Part shown: piece by piece, positions 9,447 through 19,900 of the stretch
Position numbering within the stretch: the stretch's first letter is position 1
Layout of the letters: each line of letters opens with the position of its first letter
DNA from: Candidatus Moraniibacteriota bacterium
GTDB taxonomy: Bacteria > Patescibacteriota > Minisyncoccia > Moranbacterales > GCA-2747515
Direction: 5' to 3'
Length of the DNA: 61,691 nt
Assembly: GCA_038208115.1 (NCBI GenBank)
Contig: JBBQZC010000007.1
Span: forward strand, 1 to 61,691
Made by a program: the position numbers and the translations under genes
The notes under the pieces: model-generated
Databases searched by the model: none
Told to the model about the DNA's origin: nothing
The model's input: only the letters and a program-made list of their open reading frames with translations

Positions 9447-9716
9447 ATAGGCAGCCTCATTTTGGGTTATGATGTACAGAAATGGTCAATTGTGCATAGG
9501 TATGCTTGTTTGATCTTCGGTAAGGAGTTGCAGGGTATGTATCACGCATATCCTGTTTTTTGACTTTACGGGTGTGATATGACAAAATGATATACTTGAT
9601 CAATATTGATGCAAGTATTATGTTTTTTGACATTTGGAAGTAGTTATAGTTTGTGAAGATTAAAAATGGTATAAATAATCAATTTTTTATCAATCATTAA
9701 TGAGGGAGGATGAACT

Positions 9717-10768
9717 ATGAGTGGTGTTGAGATTGCTTTAGGGAGTGGCTGTAACGATGAGAAAGACAATGCACAAAGGGTTTATCGGATCATAGATCCG
9801 TCTTCTGAGATACTCTCATATCTTGATTTGCTGTCTGTAGAGGAGCGGACTGAAATATGCGCGCGAATCTGCTATAAATCTGAAGAAGATATGACGGTTG
9901 ATTCAGCAATCGACCTATGTAGAAAAATGATTACACATAAACATAATTCCGTCGTGGAAATGGCTGTGTTATCGTTTCACGTCATTGCGATGGGGGGGAT
10001 GTGCGTAAATTACGCGAAGTCTCAAAATACGTGATTATTGATGAGTATGTGGATGGTTATTTGATCACGGGTAGCATCCGTGCATTCCGTGAGGCATATA
10101 TGATGTGTCCGTCAGATGTATTGATCAGAGGTCTTGCGCACGCCGTTGCGAAACGTCATCCAATCTTTTTTGAGGATCTGGTTTTGCAAGATAATAATCG
10201 TATGGAACAACTTATCGAAAAAGTTGATCTAACAGTGCTTGATGGTGCGATTAAAGACACATTTCCGCGACTATGGCAGCGTCACAGATTTATCGCAGTG
10301 AAGTTTATCGTCAATCGTGCCGTGACTCATGAGTTAGTGCGTCATCGACCGTGCGCATTTTTACAAGAAAGCCAACGATATTGCCGATACAGTGATGAGC
10401 GGTTTGATGGTTTGGTCACATTTATCAAACCGTTCTTTTTTCATGAATGCACGCCAGAGTATCAACACTGGTTGGATGTGATGGAGTTTACAGCAACGAA
10501 GTACCTGAAATTGCTCAAAACCTCCACACCGCAGGCTGCACGGACTGTATTGCCGAACAGTTGTAAAACGGAGATCATTGTTTTTGCAAATGCTGATGAG
10601 TGGAATCACATTTTCCATATGCGGACAAGTCTTGCTGCGGAGCCGTCTATGCGTGAGGTCATGATCCCGCTGCATCGAGCAATGATAACACAATTTCCGT
10701 GGAATACGTTTGATAAACGGTCACCGGAAGCATATCTTGTTGACGCGAGTTCTGTAGAAGTAATGTAG
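9717..10768 (+). CDS. thyX: FAD-dependent thymidylate synthase, split by a -1 frame break at G7 (9992-9998)
   Basis: 5' ORF has ARICYKSE...HNSVVE. 3' ORF has THELVRHR...QESQRY and ARTVLPNSCKTEI...WNHIFHMR. One extra G joins the frames. Confidence 0.85.
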
Positions 10769-10775
10769 AATTTCC

Positions 10776-10812
10776 AAAACCGTCTATAGCGTAATGCTAT
10801 AGCGGTTTTTTA
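10776..10812 (+). terminator. intrinsic terminator after thyX
   Basis: AAAACCG-TCTATAGC/GCTATAG-CGGTTTTT. Confidence 0.7.
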
Positions 10813-10890
10813 TTATTCAGGGCATAGTCTTTTGTTATTACAAAAAAAGTGATAGAATATGAGGGTTAATATTCATTTTTATACAAACAC

Positions 10891-11220
10891 ATGGATTTCA
10901 ATACATATCAAAAAAAATCACGAGAAACAGCCCTTTATCCTGATTTGGGTGCGAATTTTGTATATCCGACACTCGGACTTGTCGGTGAGGCGGGCGAGGT
11001 AGCTGATAAACTCAAAAAAACGATTCGTGATGATAATGGTATTTTGACAGAAGATAAAAAAAATGACGTTGGCAAAGAACTCGGTGATGTGCTCTGGTAT
11101 GTGGCGCAAGTTGCTTCTGAGATGGGTCTTTCCTTGGATGATATTGCACAGGGTAATCTAGAAAAATTATTTAGTCGTAAAGAACGCGGAGTACTCGGGG
11201 GCAGTGGGGATAATCGATAA
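10891..11220 (+). CDS. MazG-like nucleoside triphosphate pyrophosphohydrolase
   Basis: LGLVGEAGEVADKLKK and ELGDVLWY (ExxE...ExxD). Confidence 0.9.
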   Translation: MDFNTYQKKSRETALYPDLGANFVYPTLGLVGEAGEVADKLKKTIRDDNGILTEDKKNDVGKELGDVLWYVAQVASEMGLSLDDIAQGNLEKLFSRKERGVLGGSGDNR

Positions 11221-11302
11221 TAATTCAGAATGAAAAATGAAGAATGAAAAAGTACTGGTAATTCATAATCATTCTTGTTTCTAATAACTAAATCTTTTTT
11301 AT

Positions 11303-12781
11303 ATGAATACACAGAAATATAAAGTAACAATTGGGATGGAGATTCATGTTGAACTTAAAACAGAATCAAAGATGTTTTCTGCAGTACCAAATCATCTCGG
11401 CATGGAGAATGAGCCAAATGTCTCGATCGATCCTATAACGACAGCGCAACCTGGCAGCTTGCCTGTGCCAAATAAGCAAGCAATCATGTTTGTGCAAAAG
11501 GCAGGCCTTGCACTCGGATGTGAGATCGCACGCAAGAGTAAATTCGATCGGAAGAATTATTTTTATCCCGATTTACCAAAGGGATATCAGATCTCACAAT
11601 ATGACATGCCGCTCTGCGAAAACGGCAAGATTACGGTGGGAGAAGAGGAAATTGGGATTACACGTATTCACATGGAAGAAGATACGGGGAAATCATCGCA
11701 TCCTGCAGGGACGTCGTATTCACTTATTGATCTTAATCGTGCAGGTGTACCACTCATGGAGCTCGTCACAGAGCCAGATATTACGTCAGGTGCACAAGCA
11801 CGAATCTTTTGTCAAAAGATTCAACAGATATTTCGTTATATTGATATCGCAGATGCGGATATGGAGAGAGGACAAATGCGTTGTGAGGTCAATATTTCAC
11901 TATTTAAAGACGGTACAGATCGATTAAGTGGTCAGAAAGTGGAAGTAAAAAATCTCAATTCGTTCAAGGTTGTAGAAAAGGCAATTGATTATGAGATCGC
12001 ACGGCAGACAAAGGCATTGAATAATAATGAAATCATCGTGCAAGAAACACGTGGATGGGATGATATAAAAAGCAAAACTGTGTCACAAAGGAAAAAAGAA
12101 AATGCTCATGATTATCGATATTTTCCTGAACCAGATATTCCTCCGATGAATTTTAGTGATGAGTATGTAGAAGAATTGCGTCGAACATTGCCAGAACTTC
12201 CAGCACAAAAAGAAAAGCGTTTTACTGAAGAATACAATCTTAGCAAAGAGAATTGTAGTGTTATTACATCAGATATCGATACGGCAAACTATTTTGAAAA
12301 TGTTGTAAGTGAGATTAATGAAAAAAAAGAATCTGGTGAATTAAAAGCTGACTCAGTGAAGGCAATTAAACTCGCAGCAAATTATCTCGTAAGTGAGATC
12401 CAAAAATTTCTTGTGAAAGAGGGACAAAAAATTACAGAGATGAAAATTTCAGCAGAAAATTTTGCAGAACTAATGTCAATTATTGCTGATGAAACAATCA
12501 ATTCTTCTGCAGCACAGACGGTGCTATCCGAAATGTATTATGGAGAAGAACATGATCCGAGTCGTATCATTGAATCAAAAAACTTGGCACAAGTATCAGA
12601 TAGCGGTGAGTTAGAATCACATGTTGATGCAGTAATCGCTGATAATCCACAATCTGTGGATGATTATAAAGCAGGTAAAGATCGCGCCATTAAATACCTC
12701 ATGGGACAGGTGATGAAAGCGTCTAGCGGTAAAGCAAATCCACAAATGGTTATGGAAATTCTACAAAAGAAGCTTCACTAA
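11303..12781 (+). CDS. gatB: Asp/Glu-tRNA amidotransferase subunit B
   Basis: IGMEIHVEL, FDRKNYFYPDLPKGYQISQ, HMEEDTGK, YRYFPEPD. Confidence 0.98.
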   Translation: MNTQKYKVTIGMEIHVELKTESKMFSAVPNHLGMENEPNVSIDPITTAQPGSLPVPNKQAIMFVQKAGLALGCEIARKSKFDRKNYFYPDLPKGYQISQYDMPLCENGKITVGEEEIGITRIHMEEDTGKSSHPAGTSYSLIDLNRAGVPLMELVTEPDITSGAQARIFCQKIQQIFRYIDIADADMERGQMRCEVNISLFKDGTDRLSGQKVEVKNLNSFKVVEKAIDYEIARQTKALNNNEIIVQETRGWDDIKSKTVSQRKKENAHDYRYFPEPDIPPMNFSDEYVEELRRTLPELPAQKEKRFTEEYNLSKENCSVITSDIDTANYFENVVSEINEKKESGELKADSVKAIKLAANYLVSEIQKFLVKEGQKITEMKISAENFAELMSIIADETINSSAAQTVLSEMYYGEEHDPSRIIESKNLAQVSDSGELESHVDAVIADNPQSVDDYKAGKDRAIKYLMGQVMKASSGKANPQMVMEILQKKLH

Positions 12782-12839
12782 GAATAAGAAAATCACTAAA
12801 TCTCAATGTAGGACAAAATACAACATTGCGCTTTTTTGT

Positions 12840-13421
12840 CTAGATAATATGATCAAGATGAAAAAAATAATAGATTGTCCCGATCACTTCGTGTAGAAAG
12901 AATTGTGGTTCTTTGAAGTAACGACCGCGATAGTATGTCGCGCGATGCAAAGAAAAATCTTTGATGCTATATTGATGTGCAAGCAACGCGATGCGTGCAA
13001 GATGGAAATCATTGGATACAAAAATATAACTCTTTGTAGGATCTAAGTTTTGAATTGTCGCTTGCGTATCGAGTCCGTTATGATCATTGATGATGACTAC
13101 ATCTGGCACGTTGTATTCAGATGCGATATTCCGCATCACATCGACTTCTCGCGCTCCATAACGTGACGGTCCCCCGGAAAATACGAGACATGTTACTAGA
13201 TTTTCATTATAGAGTTCGATCGCTGTAACTGTGCGATCATAGAGAGCATGTGATGGCTGATCATCTTTCCATACAGCAGCACCAAAGACGACTGCACAGT
13301 CTTTTGGCTCTGTATCGGCACGTGTGTAGTAGTGTGCAACATAAAATGTACTGATCAAAAAAATAAGAAGTATAGGCAGGCAAATATACAGTGCAATTTT
13401 TCGAATGATTTTTTTTAGCAT
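12840..13421 (-). CDS. YdcF/SanA (DUF218) family protein
   Basis: N-terminal TM, AVVFGA...LYDR, FSGG, SNDFHLAR, HE near the C-terminus. Confidence 0.85.
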   Translation of the reverse strand: MLKKIIRKIALYICLPILLIFLISTFYVAHYYTRADTEPKDCAVVFGAAVWKDDQPSHALYDRTVTAIELYNENLVTCLVFSGGPSRYGAREVDVMRNIASEYNVPDVVIINDHNGLDTQATIQNLDPTKSYIFVSNDFHLARIALLAHQYSIKDFSLHRATYYRGRYFKEPQFFLHEVIGTIYYFFHLDHII

Positions 13422-13429
13422 AGTAATAT

Positions 13430-14380
13430 TTATTTTTTTAGAAATTTTTTGATGTGAGTATGCGCTTCAGTAATTGATGTAATACGCTGGATTGGTGCAC
13501 CTTGTTTTTCCCAGCGGCGTATCCACGTTTCTTGTCTTTTAGCGTACTGTTTAAGGTCATGTATAATGTGATTACGCATGTCATCAAATGTGATTAACCC
13601 ACGCACAAAACGTGTGCACCATTTGTATTCCAATCCGAAGCTCTCTAAGCGTTTCCATGGCACATGGAGTGTGTGATGTGCATTGATAATTTCATCAAAT
13701 ATGCCATTACAGAACCATAAATTCATCCGACGTTCGATTTTTTCATGCAATACAGGTCGTGAAAATATGATTGCGAAGATGAGATGATCTTTAGGATCAA
13801 TTTTGTGTGATACATGTTCAGGAACTTTTCCAAGCGTTTGAGCGATCTCAATTGCACGAATGATTCGCACAGGATTATTGACGTCAACTTTACGTGCATA
13901 TAATGGATCAATTTTCGTGAGTATTGCTAGAAGTTTTTTTAGTGAAAGTTTGCTCAATGATTGACGTAATAATTTATTTGGTAACACAGCAGGGAACGTT
14001 TGACCTTCGATCAATGCTTGTGCCCAAAACATTGTACCACCACACACAATCGGTATTTTGTTTCTACGCCAAATATTCTCACGAATTCGTATCGATTTTT
14101 TGACATACTTCGCGACATTGTATGGGGTATTTGGGTGAACGATGTCGATCATGTAATGAGGAACGTCATCTGATATGTATGCATATTGTGTACATGACAC
14201 ATGACCTTTTTGTTGTACAATTTTTCCAGGCTCTTTTCCTGTGCCGATCGAGAGATCACGATGGATCTGGCGTGAATCTGCAGAAATAATCTCACCACCA
14301 AGTTCCTGCGCAAGCAGAATTGCCATGCGTGATTTGCCGGATGCTGTGGGTCCAATAATAGTTATTGACTTTTTGTTCAT
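13430..14380 (-). CDS. miaA: tRNA dimethylallyltransferase
   Basis: GPTASGKS, IISADSRQ, GGT, YAKRQETW. Confidence 0.96.
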   Translation of the reverse strand: MNKKSITIIGPTASGKSRMAILLAQELGGEIISADSRQIHRDLSIGTGKEPGKIVQQKGHVSCTQYAYISDDVPHYMIDIVHPNTPYNVAKYVKKSIRIRENIWRRNKIPIVCGGTMFWAQALIEGQTFPAVLPNKLLRQSLSKLSLKKLLAILTKIDPLYARKVDVNNPVRIIRAIEIAQTLGKVPEHVSHKIDPKDHLIFAIIFSRPVLHEKIERRMNLWFCNGIFDEIINAHHTLHVPWKRLESFGLEYKWCTRFVRGLITFDDMRNHIIHDLKQYAKRQETWIRRWEKQGAPIQRITSITEAHTHIKKFLKK

Positions 14381-14451
14381 AAGGTGTTATAATATTCGTT
14401 CATAGTACATTAATTTTTTCAAAAAAGCAATACAAAAGAAATGGGGGATTG

Positions 14452-14760
14452 ATGGACAGAGAAAAGATCGAAAAAATCACCTTTATCACGCAAACACATG
14501 TGGCGAAAAAAATTATCGTTTTTGGCAAGAACTTTCAGAGAGAGATTCTTGTGCAACGAACAGTTCGTACATGGCGTGCTGGTCATTGGATAGATCGGCA
14601 TATTATGATGATAGGAGCGTGTCAGAGCATCACATATAACTCTGGCACAGAGCAAATTAATATAATGACCCAAAGAGGTGAAGAACAAAATTATGTTTCT
14701 TTGGGACAAAGATGTACTCATGATGATGGACATGTGCAAATAACACATATTGTCGCATGA
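14452..14760 (+). CDS. hypothetical protein (islet ORFan)
   Basis: ORF with GGGGGA SD and downstream hairpin AGCAAATG/CATTTGCT plus Ts. Confidence 0.5.
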   Translation: MDREKIEKITFITQTHVAKKIIVFGKNFQREILVQRTVRTWRAGHWIDRHIMMIGACQSITYNSGTEQINIMTQRGEEQNYVSLGQRCTHDDGHVQITHIVA

Positions 14761-14821
14761 GGAGATGTAAACAGCAAATGGTCATCATTTGCTGCTTTTT
14801 ATTTATAAAAATTAAATAAGT

Positions 14822-14853
14822 AAAAACACGCACAAAAAAATGTGCGTGTTTTT
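14822..14853. terminator. bidirectional terminator ending thrS
   Basis: Perfect inverted repeat AAAAACACGCACA / TGTGCGTGTTTTT. Confidence 0.75.
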
Positions 14854-14863
14854 ATTTGTAAAT

Positions 14864-16618
14864 TTACGTAATCTGAGAAAGAAATTCTTCTACAGTCACA
14901 ACGCCTTGATCACCATTGTCACGTGAGCGCACGGCTACGGTTTTATCAGTCACTTCTTTCTCACCGACAACAAGCATGTAAGGTACTTTCTCATTTTGTC
15001 CACGGCGGATGCGTTTGCCGAGTGAATCAGACTCACCGTAGAGATCGACACGATAATCTTTGTCTCGCAATTGATCAACTACATTTTGTGCATAATCAGA
15101 AAACTTTTCGGAGACAGGGATTACGGCAATTTGCACTGGTGAAAGCCACAGTGGAAATGCTCCAGCAAAATGCTCGATAATCACTGAAAGGAATCTTTCC
15201 AATGAGCCGGCGATTGCACGATGAAGCATGACTGGCGTTTGTTTTGTATTAGTTTCATCAGTATATTCCAATTTAAATCGCTCTGGCATGATGAAGTCAA
15301 GCTGAGCTGTTGCTAATTGCCATTCTCGGCCGATTGCATCACGAAACATGAAGTCCAGTTTAGGACCATAAAATGCAGCTTCACCCTCTACTCTTTTGTA
15401 AGGCAATTTTTCTTTTTTTGCAATCGACTCAAGAATTTCCTCTGCACGATCCCATTTTTGTGGGTCTCCGAGATACTTCTCTGGTGTTTTCGAATCACGT
15501 ACAGATACGGATACCCAATAGTCACCATCATTGAACATATTAAGTGAGGTGTAGAAATCTTTGATCACTGATACAATACCCCCTACTTCAGCTTCGATCT
15601 GATCAGGCGTACAAAATACATGTCCATCATCTTGAGAAATCGATCGTACGCGAGATAGTCCAAGTAGCTCTCCCGCTTGTTCATCACGATAGACCATGGT
15701 CGTTTCCATAAAACGTACTGGGAGATCGCGATACGAACGTTGTTTTGATGCAAAAATTTGCGTGTGATGTGGACAGTTCATTGGTTTCATGACAAATTCT
15801 TGGTCTGATTGCCCTTTAACTTTGAAGAGTTCATCACCAAATTTATCCCAGTGTCCGGATGTCATATAAAGTTCTTTCTTTGTGATGTGTGGGATAGTAA
15901 CTTTTTGATAACCAAACTTTTTTTGAAGATTCTGAATTTTATCAACAATCAAATCTCGCAATAGCGTGCCTTTTGGAGTAAAAAGAGGAAGTCCAGCACC
16001 GACAAGATCTGAAAAAGTGAAAAGATCAAGCTCTTTGCCGAGCTTCCGATGATCACGTTTTTTTGCTTCTTCAATGCGAGCTAGGTGGATATCTAATTCT
16101 TCTTTTGAGTCAAAGAGTATGCCGTAGATGCGCGTAAGTTGCTCACGTTTTTCGTCACTTTTCCAATATGCACCAGCAAGACGAGTGATTTTGAGTGCAG
16201 ATGCATCAATTTCTCCAGAGTTTTTCACATGGGGTCCACGACACAGATCGTCGAAATCTTTGGAGGTAAATAGTGATACTGTTTTTTCTCCTGTAAGTGC
16301 TAAGTCACTGATAATTTCGACTTTGTATTTTTGATCGAGGGATGTAAATTTTTCTTTCGCTTCAGCAATAGATAATTCAGATCGTTCAAATGGTATTTTC
16401 TGTCCAATGAATTTTTTCATTCTTTTTTCTAGTTGCTTGAGATCAGCTTCGGTGATAGGTTGAGATGATTCGATGTCATAATAAAATCCATCATCGATTA
16501 CTGGTCCGATGCCAAATCGCGCATCAGGACGGAGGTCATGTACTGCCATAGCTAAGAGATGGGCTGCAGAATGTCTTTTTTGTGAAAGTTCACTTGCGTG
16601 ATCGTGTGTGCTACACAT
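14864..16618 (-). CDS. thrS: threonyl-tRNA synthetase
   Basis: RHSAAHL, DLCRGPH, RDHRKLG, KPMNCPHH, GEAAFYGPKLD, HRAIAGSLERF. Confidence 0.98.
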   Translation of the reverse strand: MCSTHDHASELSQKRHSAAHLLAMAVHDLRPDARFGIGPVIDDGFYYDIESSQPITEADLKQLEKRMKKFIGQKIPFERSELSIAEAKEKFTSLDQKYKVEIISDLALTGEKTVSLFTSKDFDDLCRGPHVKNSGEIDASALKITRLAGAYWKSDEKREQLTRIYGILFDSKEELDIHLARIEEAKKRDHRKLGKELDLFTFSDLVGAGLPLFTPKGTLLRDLIVDKIQNLQKKFGYQKVTIPHITKKELYMTSGHWDKFGDELFKVKGQSDQEFVMKPMNCPHHTQIFASKQRSYRDLPVRFMETTMVYRDEQAGELLGLSRVRSISQDDGHVFCTPDQIEAEVGGIVSVIKDFYTSLNMFNDGDYWVSVSVRDSKTPEKYLGDPQKWDRAEEILESIAKKEKLPYKRVEGEAAFYGPKLDFMFRDAIGREWQLATAQLDFIMPERFKLEYTDETNTKQTPVMLHRAIAGSLERFLSVIIEHFAGAFPLWLSPVQIAVIPVSEKFSDYAQNVVDQLRDKDYRVDLYGESDSLGKRIRRGQNEKVPYMLVVGEKEVTDKTVAVRSRDNGDQGVVTVEEFLSQIT

Positions 16619-16744
16619 ATGGTTTTTCGATTAATAGATTATTATATTAAGCAGGAGGTGATGATATCACTTGTCTGCTAATACAGAGATCAATTTTGTT
16701 GTGACAAAAATTAAAAAGCGTCTACAACAAAAAATGAAATGCGT

Positions 16745-16880
16745 GTTACTGAGACCCTCCAGTGAGAAGGGCGGTTCCACTCAGTTTCCCGATATTTGTT
16801 GTGGGCGCTCTTTATATGCAACTTACGCGTGCAGTTTCTGCGCAGACTCCATAGATAGTGAGGCTATATCAACATCTGTA
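16745..16880 (-). promoter_or_regulatory. T-box riboswitch (Thr) in the thrS leader
   Basis: Minus strand AAACTGAG-TGGAACC-GCCC...GGGT-CTCAGT forms the antiterminator with a UGGN bulge. A short stem I carries ACT in its apical loop. Confidence 0.75.
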
Positions 16881-16976
16881 TTATATTGTACTGTTATTGT
16901 GTCACATTCTAAGACAGTGTCAAGTATTGACATATTACACGAAATATGCTATAATCGAACGTTAGTGTCAAAAAAG

Positions 16977-19900
16977 CTATTTTTCATGTATGATTGCCGA
17001 CGAATCAATAAATTCATGCAGTTGCGAAGCACATTTTTCCGTGTAATCAATTACATATGAGGTTTTCATTTTTTGACCATTGTGCACGAGAAAAATCGTC
17101 ACACCACCTTTATCACAATGATCAAGAATTGATTTTATGTGAGTGATTACGTCATGTGCGCTATCGTCTGGCAAAGTGATGAATAATTTTGTTTTATTAA
17201 TCGTTGCACTTTTTTCTTTTTTCATCTGTGCACGTTTTTCTTTTGTGTCTCCATATTTTTTGCGTGTGGACATAATGTCTTTTGCATAGTCATTCTTTTC
17301 AGCAGCGATTTCCTCGATCTCATTAGCGATGAACTTGAGCTCATCATCTTTATCAGAAAGATTACCTTTGAGCACGATGGCGCGACCCTCAGTGAGGAGA
17401 TCTTTATGCGCTTCGAGCATTTTGGGAAATATGAGACATTCTGTTGTGCTTTTTCCATCTTCCAATGTGAGAAATGCCATATTTTTTCCACTTTTTGTCA
17501 ATATGATTTTTACTGCAATGACAATGCCACCAATCGTGATCATTTTATTTGCATTTTCTTTATTGAGCTCGTGGAGAGGTGTACACATATAATCGAGGAA
17601 ATCTCGATACTCATTAGAAGGATGATCTGAAATATAGAGTCCCATTAATTGTTTTTCCCATGCAAGGTGTTGTCTTTTGCCAGAATCAATGCCTTTTTTA
17701 ATTTTAATTTCTGCGCGAGAAAGGAGAGACGCGCCAAATAGTGAATCCTGATTTGACTTGGAATGTGTTCTTAGCTCTTTGATAAATATAAGGATGTTTT
17801 CACTGCTTGCTAAAATATCATCACGTTTTGCAAAACTATCAAATGCACCAACCATTGCTAATGCTTCCACCGATTTTTTATTGAGATCTCTCGAGCCAAC
17901 GCGTGAGCAGAGATCAGTAAGATCTTTATATTTACCATTTCGCTTGCGTTCAGCGACAATCTCTTTGGCAATGGGGCGACCGACATTCTTGATGGCGTTG
18001 AGTCCAAAACGAATGCGAGGGCTTTTCTTTTCAGCGTCATCTTCAGTGTAGATTACTGCAAACTCTTGAAAGCTCTCGTTGATGTCTGGAGGAAGTACTG
18101 TGATTTCCATTTCACGACACTCAGCAGCTTCAATTGCAATACGATCAGTGTTTCCTTGGTCAGATGTCATGAGTGCTGCCATAAATTCTGCAGGATAGTG
18201 TGCCTTGAGATACGCAGTTTGATAACCGATGAGGCCGTAACATGCGGCATGTGAGCGATTAAATCCATAACCAGCAAATGGTTCAATGAATGCAAAAACT
18301 TTTTCTGCAATTTCTTTTTTCACGCCGTGTGTGACGCAACCTTCTACAAATTTAATTTTTTGCTCTTTGATAAGTTTGAGAATTTTTTTCCCCATAGCTT
18401 TACGCAAAATATCAGCTTCACCTAATGTAAAACCAGCAAGATCTTGCGCGATACGCATAACTTGCTCCTGATAAACTGCCACGCCATAAGTATCAGCGAG
18501 GATTGCTTCAAGTTTGGGATGAAGGTATGTAACTTTCTTCTTGCCATGTTTGCCATCGACAAAATCAGGAATCCATTCCATCGGACCCGGCCGATAGAGA
18601 GCAACCATAGCGATGATATCTTCAAGTACAGTTGGTTTTAGACCTTTGAGATATCTTTTCATACCACTAGATTCCAATTGAAATACGCCCGTGGTATGAG
18701 CTTCTTGGAGGAGTGTGTACGTTTTTGCATCATCAAGAGGAATTTTCTCGATGTCGATCTTTTGACCATGGATTTTTTTGACGATGCGAAGGGTGTTTTG
18801 AATAATTGTTAAGTTTTTAAGTCCGAGAAAATCCATTTTGAGAAGGCCAATCTTTTCTACTGCGGAAAATTTGGTGCTTGATGCATATTGTGTGACAGTT
18901 GCTTCATCATTTCCTGAAACTCGTTGCAAAGCAGTATATTCTACGACAGGTTTGTCAGTAATTACCACGCCACATGCATGTACTGATGAATGTCGACAGA
19001 GACCCTCAAGTCGATGTGCAGTGTCGATGAGTTCGCGTGCGTCACTATTTTCTTTGTGAAGGCGTTTAAAGTCTGGCACTTCTGCAAGAGCCTTGTCCAT
19101 TGATGTCAGCTCTGGGATGAGTTTAGCAACTTGATCACAAAAGATATATGCAAATCCGAGTGCGCGACCCGCATCACGCACAGCAGCACGGGCAGCCATA
19201 GTACCAAATGTAATGATCTGAGCGACGTGATCAGCGCCGTATGTCTTGCGAACATAAGCAAGTACATCATCGCGTCGATCATCAGCAAAATCCATATCAA
19301 CATCGGGCATGGAGACACGCTCAGGATTGAGGAATCGTTCAAAGAGTAACTTATATTCGATGGGATCTATGTTGGTGATACCAGTGAGATACGATACAAA
19401 TGAACCTGCAGCACTTCCACGTCCAGGTCCTACGACGATGCCATCATTTTTAGCCCAGTTGACGAAATCTTGGACAATAAGGAAGTATGAAGCATAACCA
19501 GTTTTTTTGATAACATCCAATTCATAATTCATGCGTTGTCTTTGGAGGCTTGTAATATTGTCGCTAAAATGTTTTTTAAGCCCAATTTCCGAGATGTCAC
19601 GGAGATGTTCGTCAGCAGTCTTGCCCTCTGGGAGAGGAAAGGATGGTAATTTCGTGTGACCGAGCTCGAGTTCAAATGTGCATCTTTGTGCGATGATGTC
19701 AGTATTATCGATGGCTTCTGGCACGTCAGCAAAAATTACACGAAGATCTTTTTCTGTACGAAGAGATAAATTAAAATGCTTCAATGTCGGACGATCGCCT
19801 TCATTGACTTTGCGATTCAATTGGATGCACAAGAGGACATCATGGATGTCACGATCTTCTTTTTTAATATAATAAACGTCTCCGCATACAACGAGAGGAA

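Noticed and set aside
16671-17060. 129-aa plus-strand ORF preceded by a perfect AGGAGGT
   Set aside because: It lies antisense across the thrS T-box and the dnaE 3' end, has a TTG start 10 nt from the SD and no recognisable motifs. The sequence is better explained as leader RNA structure.
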